Numbered from the stretch's first letter, positions 1-12,027 are shown. The stretch is 47,280 nt of DNA from an uncultured Chloroflexia bacterium (GCA_963749705.1 CAVVNQ010000017.1:1-47280); one strand, 5' to 3'. The notes: generated by a model from the sequence alone, not told the origin. Program-made: numbers and translations.

Positions 1-287
1 TCAGTCGATCGTGTCGCCCGGTGCCCAGGCGTGGATCGTGGCATCCAGCCCGCGGGCACGCACCGCGGTCTCGAGCTGTGCAGGCGTCCCGGCGAGAAGC
101 GGGAACGTGCCCCAGTGGATCGGCAGCACATGGCGCACGCCCAGCAGCTCGACGGCGAGCGCCGCCGCCTCCGGGTCCATCGTGAAATGGCCGCCGATGG
201 GCAGCATCGCGAGGTCAGGTGCGTAGAGGTCGCGGATGAGGGCCATGTCCCCGAACACCGCGGTGTCCCCCGCGTGGTAGATCCGGA
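1..287 (-). pseudogene. Duplicated 3' fragment of the metal-dependent hydrolase gene at 4668-5396
   Basis: 1-287 matches 4668-4954 with one mismatch seen (271 C vs 4938 G); identity stops abruptly at 288. The fragment lacks the N-terminal HxHxDH motif, and the 106-aa ORF call gains a non-homologous N-terminus. The repeat may extend left of the window. Confidence 0.9.
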
Positions 288-397
288 CTTTCCGGTCCGG
301 CCCCATGGTGGTCGGGTGCACCAGCGCGACATGTCAATCAGCCGACATCGCGCCATGACACATGCACGGATAGCCGCGAAAGGGCCGAATAGGGTAC

Positions 398-426
398 TTG
401 ACCTAGGACCTTTGGGGGTACACCAT
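398..426 (+). promoter_or_regulatory. Putative sigma70-type promoter for the 920-aa secreted protein
   Basis: TTGACC (398-403), 17-nt spacer, CACCAT (421-426) in a locally less GC-rich patch. Confidence 0.35.
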
Positions 427-978
427 CCCGCAACGCACTGGCGAGCGACGGGGGTCCGACGCCTGGGCGGGTGATAGATCCCGGGCGCAGCGGGAGGCCC
501 GGGAGCCGATCGCCGGGGGAGCAGGGAGAGCTCCGTGCGGGTGCACCGCAGACCCTCGTCCCAATGGTGCTCGACGCGGCCGTCTAGTCTGCCGGCCGCT
601 TCGAAGAGACGCGCACCCGGGGGATGCTGCCTGAGCGTCAGCATCGCCATGAACGCCCAGCCGGATCAGGGTGTCCGGCCGGCGGCGCTCGCCTGCTCAT
701 CGATCGGTCACTCCGGGAATCGACGAGCCCGGCAACCCCCTGACCAGCCCCTGATCCCGCATGCCGACAGGGGACCGCGCCGGGGTGACGCGATGGAGGA
801 TCTGCGCATAAGCCTTGTCGAGACACCGGTCGCCGGCAGGCGACGATCGGACCACTCCTCTCCGGAGGTCCGAGAGGGCCGGAAGCTGCACGGCGATCGG
901 TAGACGGGTCCGCCCGTAGGGCATCGGCCAATCACAACCGAACTGCAGCTCGGGGCAACGTTCGAAAGGACATAACGG

Positions 979-3741
979 ATGATCTACGCAAAGAAGACCG
1001 GGCGTCACGTGCAGGAGGGACGGCTGCGCTTTACCGTTGCCGCCGTAGTGGCGACCACGGCCATCATTCTTGGCTACGGCCTGGCGATGGCGACCCCATC
1101 AACCTTCCTTGAGCTCGACGGCAACGTGATCAAGGATGGGGGGGGAACGGTCGATTGGGCCAACAGCGGCACCCTCACCACGACCGGTGGGACATACAGC
1201 CGTGCTGGCTCCGGCGGCATCTTCGATGGCGGCCAGTTCAACGGCAACACAACGCCGCCCACCGCGCCCTCGAAGACGGCCGGAGCCATCGCTGATGGCA
1301 CGATCGCCGACGCCGCATTCAAGGTGGATCCGCTCTCGGTTGACGTGACTTCCTGCGGCACCGGCGATCCCACGGTGTACACAGGGGCCGGCAGCGAGAC
1401 GAACGGCGACCTGCTGTCCTCGGATACGTTCGGCACCGGCTCGACCCCGAACAAGGACGACCTGTCCAACGTCTACGCCGTCGCCCACGTGAACGGCGCG
1501 ACCAACGAGGTCTTCTTCGGCGCCGAGCGCGTCATCAACAACGGCGACAGCCACATCGACTTCGAGTTCCTGCAGTCGGTCGTGACGATCCCGGATGCCT
1601 GTTCCGGTTCGTTCAGCGGTCACCGGACGCAGGGCGACTTCCTGCTGTCGGTGGACTTCACCAACGGCGGAACGCTTGGCGGCACGACGCTCTACAAGTG
1701 GATTTGCGATGCCTCAGAGAACGTGGCCCATGATGGCGACGTCTGCGACCCGGCCCTCCATGGCAAGAGCGCTCCGCACTACATGGAGAAAGGCAGCACG
1801 GCGATCACCATCACCGTCAACGGAACCGGCAACATCGGGTGTGGCGGCTGGGTATGCCGCAACCCCGACGGGACGCCGACAACCACGATCGCCCAGAACG
1901 AGCTGATGGAAGGCGGCATCGACCTCGCCCAGCTGGGGTTCAACGGCTGCGTCAGCACGTTCCTGCCGCATACACGGTCCTCGCAGTCCTTCACGGCGAC
2001 GCTCAAGGACTTCGAGATCATTCCCTTCAACACCTGCAAGACGCCGTCGATCGCGACCCAGGTGAAGAAGGTCAGCGATGACTCCAACGTCAGCGCACCG
2101 ATCCAGACCGGCGTCGCGGTGTATGACACCGCCACGCTGAGCAACGCGACCCCCGATGCCGGCGGGACCGTCACCTATCGCCTCTATACCGACAGCTCCT
2201 GCACGACGCTGTCGACGAACCCGACCCTGGGTGCAACGGCTGCGGCGGGTGCAACGGTCACCGTGACGAATGGCGTCGTTCCGCCATCCAGCAGCGTCGG
2301 AGCCACCGGCTCCGTTTCCTTCACCAATGGCGGTACCTGGTATTTCCAGGCGACCTACAGCGGCGACGCGCGCAATCAGGTTCCGGCGGGCGGGAAGAAG
2401 AGCCCCTGCACGTCCGAAACGGTCGTCGTCAAGAACAATCCCACCGTGGCCACGATCATCGTGCCCTCCGGCCCGGTGAGCATCGGGACGGACGCCCACG
2501 ACACCGCCCAGATCAGCGGTGCGACCGCCAACGCCGGCGGCACGATCAGCTACACCCTGTACAGCAACGATGACTGCACGGGGATCCTCGCGGACCTGAC
2601 GCCCGTGAACAACACGGTCGTCAACGGTGCCGCGCCGGACTCGAAGGCCTACACCTTCAACAACGCCGGGACGTTCTACTTCTACGCTGTCTACAGCGGC
2701 GACGCGAACAACACCGGCCCGGTCAACAGCGGCTGCGCCGCGGAGCCGTTCACGGTCAATCCGAACACGCCGAGCGTGGCCACGATCATCGTGCCCTCCG
2801 GCCCGGTGAGCATCGGGACGGACGCCCACGACACCGCCCAGATCAGCGGTGCGACCGCCAACGCCGGCGGCACGATCAGCTACACCCTGTACAGCAACGA
2901 TGACTGCACGGGGATCCTCGCGGACCTGACGCCCGTGAACAACACGGTCGTCAACGGTGCCGCGCCGGACTCGAAGGCCTACACCTTCAACAACGCCGGG
3001 ACGTTCTACTTCTACGCTGTCTACAGCGGCGACGCGAACAACACCGGCCCCGTCAACAGCGGCTGCGCCGCGGAGCCGTTCACGGTCAATCCGAACACGC
3101 CGAGCGTGGCCACGATCATCGTGCCCTCCGGCCCGGTGAGCATCGGGACGGACGCCCACGACACCGCCCAGATCAGCGGTGCGACCGCCAACGCCGGCGG
3201 CACGATCAGCTACACCCTGTACAGCAACGATGACTGCACGGGGATCCTCGCGGACCTGACGCCCGTGAACAACACGGTCGTCAACGGTGCCGCGCCGGAC
3301 TCGAAGGCCTACACCTTCAACAACGCCGGGACGTTCTACTTCTACGCTGTCTACAGCGGCGACGCGAACAACACCGGCCCCGTCAACAGCGGCTGCGCCG
3401 CGGAGCCGTTCACGGTCAATCCGAACACGCCGGCACCGCACAGCACGCCCCTCGTCCAGATCAAGGACACGTTCACGGTCGACGGCTTCACCGCCGATGC
3501 CACGGGCAACGTCCTGGTCGGGCTCTATACGAGCAGTGATTGCACGACGGGTCAGGTCGGCTCGAATGCATCGTTCCCGGTCAGCGCGGCCGTGGGCGGC
3601 GTGCTGACAGACTCAACCACGTTCGTGGGTGTGACCGCCGGCACGTACTACTTCAAGATCAGCTACGCCGGCGATTCCAACAACACGGGCTTCAGCTCGT
3701 GCGCCGAGGACGTGGGGGTGACGATCACGTCGCTACCCTGA
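979..3741 (+). CDS. Large secreted/surface protein: N-terminal beta-rich domain plus about 5 Ig-like repeats
   Basis: 920-aa ORF with AAAGGA RBS; basic N-terminus plus hydrophobic stretch ending LAMA (signal peptide-like); Thr/Gly/Asn/Ser-rich; repeated ~110-aa units carrying YSGDANN / YSGDARN / YAGDSNN (typical of bacterial Ig-like group 3 repeats) and paired Cys. Confidence 0.85.
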   Translation: MIYAKKTGRHVQEGRLRFTVAAVVATTAIILGYGLAMATPSTFLELDGNVIKDGGGTVDWANSGTLTTTGGTYSRAGSGGIFDGGQFNGNTTPPTAPSKTAGAIADGTIADAAFKVDPLSVDVTSCGTGDPTVYTGAGSETNGDLLSSDTFGTGSTPNKDDLSNVYAVAHVNGATNEVFFGAERVINNGDSHIDFEFLQSVVTIPDACSGSFSGHRTQGDFLLSVDFTNGGTLGGTTLYKWICDASENVAHDGDVCDPALHGKSAPHYMEKGSTAITITVNGTGNIGCGGWVCRNPDGTPTTTIAQNELMEGGIDLAQLGFNGCVSTFLPHTRSSQSFTATLKDFEIIPFNTCKTPSIATQVKKVSDDSNVSAPIQTGVAVYDTATLSNATPDAGGTVTYRLYTDSSCTTLSTNPTLGATAAAGATVTVTNGVVPPSSSVGATGSVSFTNGGTWYFQATYSGDARNQVPAGGKKSPCTSETVVVKNNPTVATIIVPSGPVSIGTDAHDTAQISGATANAGGTISYTLYSNDDCTGILADLTPVNNTVVNGAAPDSKAYTFNNAGTFYFYAVYSGDANNTGPVNSGCAAEPFTVNPNTPSVATIIVPSGPVSIGTDAHDTAQISGATANAGGTISYTLYSNDDCTGILADLTPVNNTVVNGAAPDSKAYTFNNAGTFYFYAVYSGDANNTGPVNSGCAAEPFTVNPNTPSVATIIVPSGPVSIGTDAHDTAQISGATANAGGTISYTLYSNDDCTGILADLTPVNNTVVNGAAPDSKAYTFNNAGTFYFYAVYSGDANNTGPVNSGCAAEPFTVNPNTPAPHSTPLVQIKDTFTVDGFTADATGNVLVGLYTSSDCTTGQVGSNASFPVSAAVGGVLTDSTTFVGVTAGTYYFKISYAGDSNNTGFSSCAEDVGVTITSLP
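2445..3432 (+). repeat. Intragenic tandem repeat, 3 x 330 bp (110 aa), near-identical
   Basis: Units start at 2445, 2775 and 3105; only one difference noticed (2721 G vs 3051/3381 C, synonymous). Confidence 0.95.
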
Positions 3742-3783
3742 TTGATCCCGTCCCGGGTTGACCCAGCCCAGAAAAACGCGGTT

Positions 3784-3811
3784 CGGCCGGCATCCCCTGG
3801 GGTGCCGGCCG
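3784..3811. terminator. GC-rich hairpin between convergent genes, possible bidirectional terminator
   Basis: CGGCCGGCATCCC...GGGGTGCCGGCCG inverted repeat between stops at 3741 (+) and 3840 (-). Confidence 0.55.
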
Positions 3812-3839
3812 TCCCATATGCTGCCCAGACGTCGGAGCG

Positions 3840-4247
3840 CTACTGGACCTCGAAGGAGCAGCTCGCCACCTGCGTGAACCCATGGTGCCGGGACTTCTGG
3901 AAGACCACCGAGCTGGTTCCGCTCGCGTATGAGTGCCAGGTAACCGAGGTCGTTCCGCCTGCGTCCGCCTGAAGGTTCCAGCTCGTCGTCCCCATCGAGT
4001 CACTGATCAGGACGTTGACCACCGTGTTGGCACCGAGGTCCTTGCCAACCAGCGTGTAGTCGGCGCCGACGGCGACGGGATCGGGGGTCACCGAACATGA
4101 ACCCGTCGCGCCGGTTGTTTGATGACCGCCTCCGCCCTTCGCCGCGAACGCCGTTCCTGCGACGAGCGCGACCACGAGACCGGCGACGAGAGCCGCCTCG
4201 AAGATGGCAAGGGCCGTATGCGTTGCCGCGCGCTTCAGGTAGTACAC
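3840..4247 (-). CDS. Small secreted hypothetical protein (~135 aa)
   Basis: GTG at 4247 with GAGGT RBS; hydrophobic signal ending TAFA-A, Gly-rich linker, beta-rich domain with two Cys. Confidence 0.7.
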   Translation of the reverse strand: MYYLKRAATHTALAIFEAALVAGLVVALVAGTAFAAKGGGGHQTTGATGSCSVTPDPVAVGADYTLVGKDLGANTVVNVLISDSMGTTSWNLQADAGGTTSVTWHSYASGTSSVVFQKSRHHGFTQVASCSFEVQ

Positions 4248-4667
4248 GTCGTTACCTCGATCAGACAGGTTTCGTGCCGGGTTTCGCGGACTGGTGCCGC
4301 TTGCTCCCGCGGTTGCTCGGTGATTGATCCTCGGCCGTCGTGCCGCCCCTGCCCGCGCGCCAGGCGGGCATGGTCCGGATTGGCAATGCAACCCTAGTCG
4401 GCCTGACCCGGGGACCCAATGGTCGGTTGGTTCCAGCGACTCGGTACGACCGGACCACTGGACTGCACCCAACCCACCTTCACTGGGGACCCCGCGCCCG
4501 CCCGGTGCCGATCCGCACCGGCACCAGGGGCCGAGATACTCAGCGTGAACCGGGACGACCGGGCCGGCAGACTCCGTTAGACGCCACGCGGTTCGATGGC
4601 TTCCCAGCGTAGCCCAGCTGGCGATGCGGCGTCTCGATCGAAGCCAGTAGCGTCGCCGTCGCCCCAG

Positions 4668-5396
4668 TCAGTCGATCGTGTCGCCCGGTGCCCAGGCGTG
4701 GATCGTGGCATCCAGCCCGCGGGCACGCACCGCGGTCTCGAGCTGTGCAGGCGTCCCGGCGAGAAGCGGGAACGTGCCCCAGTGGATCGGCAGCACATGG
4801 CGCACGCCCAGCAGCTCGACGGCGAGCGCCGCCGCCTCCGGGTCCATCGTGAAATGGCCGCCGATGGGCAGCATCGCGAGGTCAGGTGCGTAGAGGTCGC
4901 GGATGAGGGCCATGTCCCCGAACACCGCGGTGTCCCCGGCGTGGTAGATCCGGAAGCCGTTCTCGAGCTCGACCACGAAGCCGGCCGGCTCGCCGAGATA
5001 CAGCGGCACCCCGCCATCCGGGTTCCAGTCGCCCGCGGAGTGCTCGGCCGGGACCATGGTCACCTTCAGCCCTGCAGCCTCGTACGTGCCGCCCTTGTTC
5101 ATGCCGGTGACCTGGTCGCCGCCGCCGGGCAGGCGTCGCGCGAGCCACAGGCTCATCTCGTGGATGCACGGCCAGGCAGGTCGCAGCCGGCTGGCGATCG
5201 CGACCGCGTCGCCCATGTGGTCGCCGTGACCGTGGGTGACCAGGAGCAGGTCGCAGGCGGTCACCGCGTCGGCCGCCTTGGGGCTCTTCGGGTTGCCGAA
5301 CCAGGGGTCGAACAGGATGGTCCTGCCGCCCGGCGACCGGACCTCCACGCATGCGTGGCCATACCAGGTGAACGTGGTGTCGCGACCGATCGCCAT
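4668..5396 (-). CDS. Metal-dependent hydrolase, metallo-beta-lactamase fold (UPF0173-like)
   Basis: ATG 5396 with AGGAGG RBS; motifs TWYGHA, THGHGDH, YHAGDT, LPIGGHFTM, PIHWGTFP. Confidence 0.9.
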   Translation of the reverse strand: MAIGRDTTFTWYGHACVEVRSPGGRTILFDPWFGNPKSPKAADAVTACDLLLVTHGHGDHMGDAVAIASRLRPAWPCIHEMSLWLARRLPGGGDQVTGMNKGGTYEAAGLKVTMVPAEHSAGDWNPDGGVPLYLGEPAGFVVELENGFRIYHAGDTAVFGDMALIRDLYAPDLAMLPIGGHFTMDPEAAALAVELLGVRHVLPIHWGTFPLLAGTPAQLETAVRARGLDATIHAWAPGDTID

Positions 5397-5499
5397 CTGA
5401 GACCTCCTGCTGCCGGGCGAGCTGCGGATCGGGGATTGGGTGCCATTATCCGCCGCTGTCCGCCCGGGCCCTCGGCGGCCGGCGGCATACACTCGTGCC

Positions 5500-6354
5500 G
5501 TGCCCGCCGAGCAGATCGCCTCCAACCTCGCGCTGATCAACTGGACGGTCCTGACCGGCCTGGCGGTCGGCTCGTTCGCCGTGGTCGTGCTGGCACGCAT
5601 CGCGACCGCGGCGACGCGCGGGTACCTGGGGTTCACGGCCCTGTGCGCCGCGGCCTTCGGGATCCTGGCCTGGCTGTCCGACACGGGCCTGCCCCCGCTC
5701 GCATCCGGCTCCCCGGTCACCGTCGACGCCGCGTTCGACCTGCCGCGGCGGGTCGCGCTGGTGCTGTTCATCGTCCTCGCGATCGTCACGATGCTCGCCA
5801 TCGCTCGTCGCCAGCGAGCGATCCTGCCGGGCATGGCGGGCTTCGCGGCCGGCGTCGCAACGCTCGTGCTCGGCGCGCTGACGTGGGGCGGGGACCTGGC
5901 CGGCGCGATCCCGCTCGCCATCCAGCTGCTCGTCCTCGCCATGGCGACCGGCGGCGTGTTCGCGGCGATGATCCTGGGCCACTGGTACCTGGTGACGCCC
6001 AAGCTGCCGGAGGCGCCGCTGGTGCTGGTCGCGCGCCGGCTGCTGTGGATCGTCGGGATCCAGGTGCTGCTGTTCGTCGGCTGGGTCGGCTTCGGCGCCG
6101 GGCCGGGAGCCGGCGGGGCGGCCGGCGGCGCGGGTCCGTTCGGGGCGCTCGGCGGGCCGTGGGCGCTGTTCGTGTGGCTGCGGCTGATCGTCGGCCTGAT
6201 CTTCCCGCTGGTCGTGTCGTGGGCGGCGGTCCAGACCGCGAGGTCGCGCTCGATGGAATCGGCGACGGGGCTCTTGTACATCGATGTCGGCGCGATCGCG
6301 TCCGGGACCATCCTGGCCGCCGGCCTGTACTTCGGCGCGGGGCTGCTGGTGTGA
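5500..6354 (+). CDS. Polytopic membrane protein with a GHWYL motif, function unknown
   Basis: About 8 hydrophobic segments; AMILGHWYLVTPKL; GTG 5500 lies 6 nt after TACACT. Confidence 0.75.
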   Translation: MPAEQIASNLALINWTVLTGLAVGSFAVVVLARIATAATRGYLGFTALCAAAFGILAWLSDTGLPPLASGSPVTVDAAFDLPRRVALVLFIVLAIVTMLAIARRQRAILPGMAGFAAGVATLVLGALTWGGDLAGAIPLAIQLLVLAMATGGVFAAMILGHWYLVTPKLPEAPLVLVARRLLWIVGIQVLLFVGWVGFGAGPGAGGAAGGAGPFGALGGPWALFVWLRLIVGLIFPLVVSWAAVQTARSRSMESATGLLYIDVGAIASGTILAAGLYFGAGLLV

Positions 6355-6367
6355 CAGGGATCCTGTG

Positions 6368-7192
6368 ATGAACGCGCTGCCCCCTTTGCGGATCCGGGTC
6401 CGGCTGTTCGCGATGCAGCGCGAGACCGCGGGGATGCGCGAGCTTCGCCTCGAGGTACCCATGGGCTCGACGATCGACGACGCGTGGTCTGCCGTGGTCG
6501 AGACGGTGCCCGCGCTCGCTCCGGGTCGCTCCTCGTTACGGTTCGCGCGCAACGGCAGCTATGAGGACCCCGACACGCTGCTCGCGGACGGCGACGAGAT
6601 CGCGTGCATCCCGCCGGTCAGTGGCGGCGCCGAGGCGGCGTCCGACGAGGACCCCCGGATCCGGGTGCTCGAGATCCAGGCGGACCCGTTTGCGCCCGAC
6701 CTCGCGACCACGCTCGCCGCCCGCCTCGCAACCCCCGCCGACGGCGGGATCGTGACATTCATCGGCCGGACGCGGGTGACGCCGGGAACGCCGGCACCGG
6801 GACAGGAGGCCGAGGCGGCCCGCCACGCCGGCCGGGTGGTCGAGGCGCTCGAGTACGAGGCGTTCGAGCCGATGGCGATCTCGGTGCTCGACGACATCGC
6901 CGCCGAGATCGAGACGCGATGGGGCGTCCGGCGGCTCGCGATCGTCCACCGGACAGGACCGGTTCCGCTGGGCGAGCCGTCGATCCTGGTGATCGCCGCC
7001 GCGCCGCACCGGGACGCGGCGTTTGCGGCCGCCCGATACGCGATCGACGAGACCAAGGCCCGGGCCCCGATCTGGAAGGCGGAGCGCTTCGAGGACGGCC
7101 ACGTGTGGATCGGCCACCCGGCCCGGACCGCCGCCCAGGATGCCGGCTCGTCGGCGCCGAGCGACGACGATGACCTCGCCGGCGGCGCGTAG
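6368..7192 (+). CDS. moaX: Fused molybdopterin synthase MoaD-MoaE (MoaX-type)
   Basis: N-terminal ubiquitin-like VRLFA...GDEIACIPPVSGG followed by MoaE motifs LEYEAFEPMA, IVHRTG, APHR, APIWKAE. Confidence 0.88.
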   Translation: MNALPPLRIRVRLFAMQRETAGMRELRLEVPMGSTIDDAWSAVVETVPALAPGRSSLRFARNGSYEDPDTLLADGDEIACIPPVSGGAEAASDEDPRIRVLEIQADPFAPDLATTLAARLATPADGGIVTFIGRTRVTPGTPAPGQEAEAARHAGRVVEALEYEAFEPMAISVLDDIAAEIETRWGVRRLAIVHRTGPVPLGEPSILVIAAAPHRDAAFAAARYAIDETKARAPIWKAERFEDGHVWIGHPARTAAQDAGSSAPSDDDDLAGGA

Positions 7193-7220
7193 CACCCCGC
7201 GCGGCCGCCATACTGCACCC

Positions 7221-8822
7221 ATGGACGTGCTGGGAGCGACCGGGGACCTCGAGGCCCTGCGGGATCGGGCCACCGCACTGGCATCCGCGTGGGGCGCGAC
7301 GGCCGCCACGATGACCACCATCGGCCAGCAGCGCGCCGTCCTCCGGCTGTTCGGCGTGGCCGGGATCGATCGGGCCGGCCGCCCGCTGGCGCCCGAGGTC
7401 GTGGATCGCTACATCTCCGCGGACCCCGCCCGCCTCGCCGGGGGGATCGCGCTCCCGTTCGCGATGGCGATGGCCGAGTACGACCTGCGGCCGTTCGAGC
7501 TCGCCCTCGAGGTCGCGGCGGGCAACGTCGACCTCGGGCTCGAGGCGGAGCTGCTCGCCGAGCCCGACCGCCGGGCGGTGGCGATCGCCGACGCGACGCG
7601 CCTGGCGCACGCCGCGCTCGATCGGATCGATGCGAACCGGGTCGCGCGGCGCGAGCTGCTGACGCTGCTCGGGGATCCGCCTCGTCCGTGGATCGGCACG
7701 GCGCTCCTGGAGCCCGCGATCGTGGACGCGCTCGAGGAGGCCGGTGTCGCGATCGACGTCGGCCTGGAGCTGTTGCGCGTCGACGTGCCCCCCAATCGAG
7801 AGCTGTCCGACCGTGGCACGCGGCTGGGGGCCGAGGTCGAGCCCTGGCGCGCCGCACCGACCTCGCGCGGTGGCCTGTCCGCCTTCGACCCGGTCGGCCT
7901 GCCGATCCCTACCGGATCGCAGCGCGCGCTGGGCGTCCTGCGCCGGTTCGCCGACGAGGCCGGCGCGCGCCGGCGCGGCTATGTCCGGCTGGTCACCGAC
8001 GCCCCGGCGCTCGCGGCTCCCGACCAGGCGGTCGTCGCCGCGTTCGAGCGGATCGACATCGTGGTCGCAGATCCGATGCGCGAGATCGTGACCGGCCGGG
8101 TGGACCCGGATCGCGCGATCGCCGATCACGTGTTCGCACACCGCCTGCTGGCCAGGGCCGACACGCGGGTGCTGATCCCGGCGGGCCCACTGGTGGTGGC
8201 GCCGGATCTCGCGAGCGGCATCCCGTCCAATGCCGCGACACGCTCCGGGCGGGCGCTCGCGCTCCAGCTCGTGGCCATCGCCCTGGCGCGGCGCGACGGC
8301 ATTCCGGCGGCCTCGATCTCGGCGGGCGCGCTGCCCGACTGGATCGTCGAGGAGCCCGACGCGCCGGCGCGGGCGGCGGCCGAGCTCGCGCTTCGCCGCG
8401 CGCTGCTGCCCGAGCATCCGCTGGCGCTCATCGAGCCCGCGCTGCGCGACGATGCGGCCATCACCTGGCACGCGATCGTCGCCGCGCTGATGCCCGACGC
8501 CGGCGAGGTCGAGGTGATCCTGTGCCGCCCGGGCCCGGCCCTCGCCGCGGATGCGCGACTGACCCGGGCCGCCGCCGCGGTTGCGCGAAGCCTGGGCCGC
8601 TCGCGGGCGGTGCCCGTTCTCGGCGGCATCTCGGTCGAGCACGCGGACGCCGTCGTTCGGGCCGCGGCGTCGACGCTGTCCGCGCTCGAGGAACGCGGCT
8701 GGCGCTCGATCGTGGATCAGCCGCTGGGAATCGACGGGGCGCGCCTTACCGGGGACGCGGTCGTCGAGCGCACCGAGCGGTTCGACCCGCTGGCGGTCCT
8801 CGAGCGTGGGGCGCCGGTCTGA
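7221..8822 (+). CDS. Divergent lysine 5,6-aminomutase alpha-subunit (KamD-like) TIM-barrel protein
   Basis: TTIGQQRAVLRLFGVAGID..PL..VVD, RIDANR..R, YVRL and ERID...D follow the KamD motif order as recalled; active-site segments look substituted; 533 aa. Confidence 0.65.
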   Translation: MDVLGATGDLEALRDRATALASAWGATAATMTTIGQQRAVLRLFGVAGIDRAGRPLAPEVVDRYISADPARLAGGIALPFAMAMAEYDLRPFELALEVAAGNVDLGLEAELLAEPDRRAVAIADATRLAHAALDRIDANRVARRELLTLLGDPPRPWIGTALLEPAIVDALEEAGVAIDVGLELLRVDVPPNRELSDRGTRLGAEVEPWRAAPTSRGGLSAFDPVGLPIPTGSQRALGVLRRFADEAGARRRGYVRLVTDAPALAAPDQAVVAAFERIDIVVADPMREIVTGRVDPDRAIADHVFAHRLLARADTRVLIPAGPLVVAPDLASGIPSNAATRSGRALALQLVAIALARRDGIPAASISAGALPDWIVEEPDAPARAAAELALRRALLPEHPLALIEPALRDDAAITWHAIVAALMPDAGEVEVILCRPGPALAADARLTRAAAAVARSLGRSRAVPVLGGISVEHADAVVRAAASTLSALEERGWRSIVDQPLGIDGARLTGDAVVERTERFDPLAVLERGAPV

Positions 8823-8866
8823 GGTCGCGCACGGTCGGGGCAGCCTGAGCCGCCCTGGATCTCGGG

Positions 8867-9304
8867 TCAGAGACGGGTCAGCTCGTCGGGCTCGTCATCG
8901 GCGACCAGGCGCTCGCAGGTCGGGCAGTGCCAGCGTGCCTCGAGCGGCGTGCCGCACACGTCGTGGCGCAACGGCTCCCCGACACCGCCGCGCCGAACGC
9001 CCCAGTCGGCCAGCAGGTGGAGCGCACCGGCGAGCTCGCGCCCGTCGGCGGTGAGGGCGTACTCCATCCGCAGCGGGCGCCGGGTGTACGGCGTCGCCAC
9101 CAGGATCCCGCCACGCTCGAGCCGGCGAAGCCGGTCGGCGAGGATGTTGGGCGCGATCCCGGTCATCGCCTCGCCCAGCTCCCCGAACCGGCGCGGGCCG
9201 GTCAGCAGCGCCTCGACGAGCAGCAGGCTCCAGCGGTCGCCGACGCGGTCGAGCGCGGCGGCGAGGGCGGTCGGCGGGGCGGTCGGGGAAGTCAGCTGCG
9301 GCAT
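8867..9304 (-). CDS. HxlR-family winged-helix regulator with C-terminal HxxC...CxxC
   Basis: ALDRVGDRWSLLLV, RRFGEL, IAPNILADRLRRL, EYALT..G..L. Confidence 0.88.
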   Translation of the reverse strand: MPQLTSPTAPPTALAAALDRVGDRWSLLLVEALLTGPRRFGELGEAMTGIAPNILADRLRRLERGGILVATPYTRRPLRMEYALTADGRELAGALHLLADWGVRRGGVGEPLRHDVCGTPLEARWHCPTCERLVADDEPDELTRL

Positions 9305-9321
9305 GTCGATCCAAATGGTAG

Positions 9322-12027
<2,706 letters not shown>

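Noticed and set aside
1-321. Independent 106-aa hydrolase gene
   Set aside because: It is the duplicated 3' fragment with a chance upstream start, and it lacks the HxHxDH motif
950-975. c-di-GMP-I riboswitch (GGCAAC GTTC GAAA GGAC)
   Set aside because: Only a GAAA-tetraloop hairpin; the downstream GCAAAGC/P3 elements are absent and the start codon follows immediately
2445-3432. Diversity-generating retroelement template/variable repeat
   Set aside because: Copies are essentially identical, there are no adenine-specific differences, and no reverse transcriptase is present
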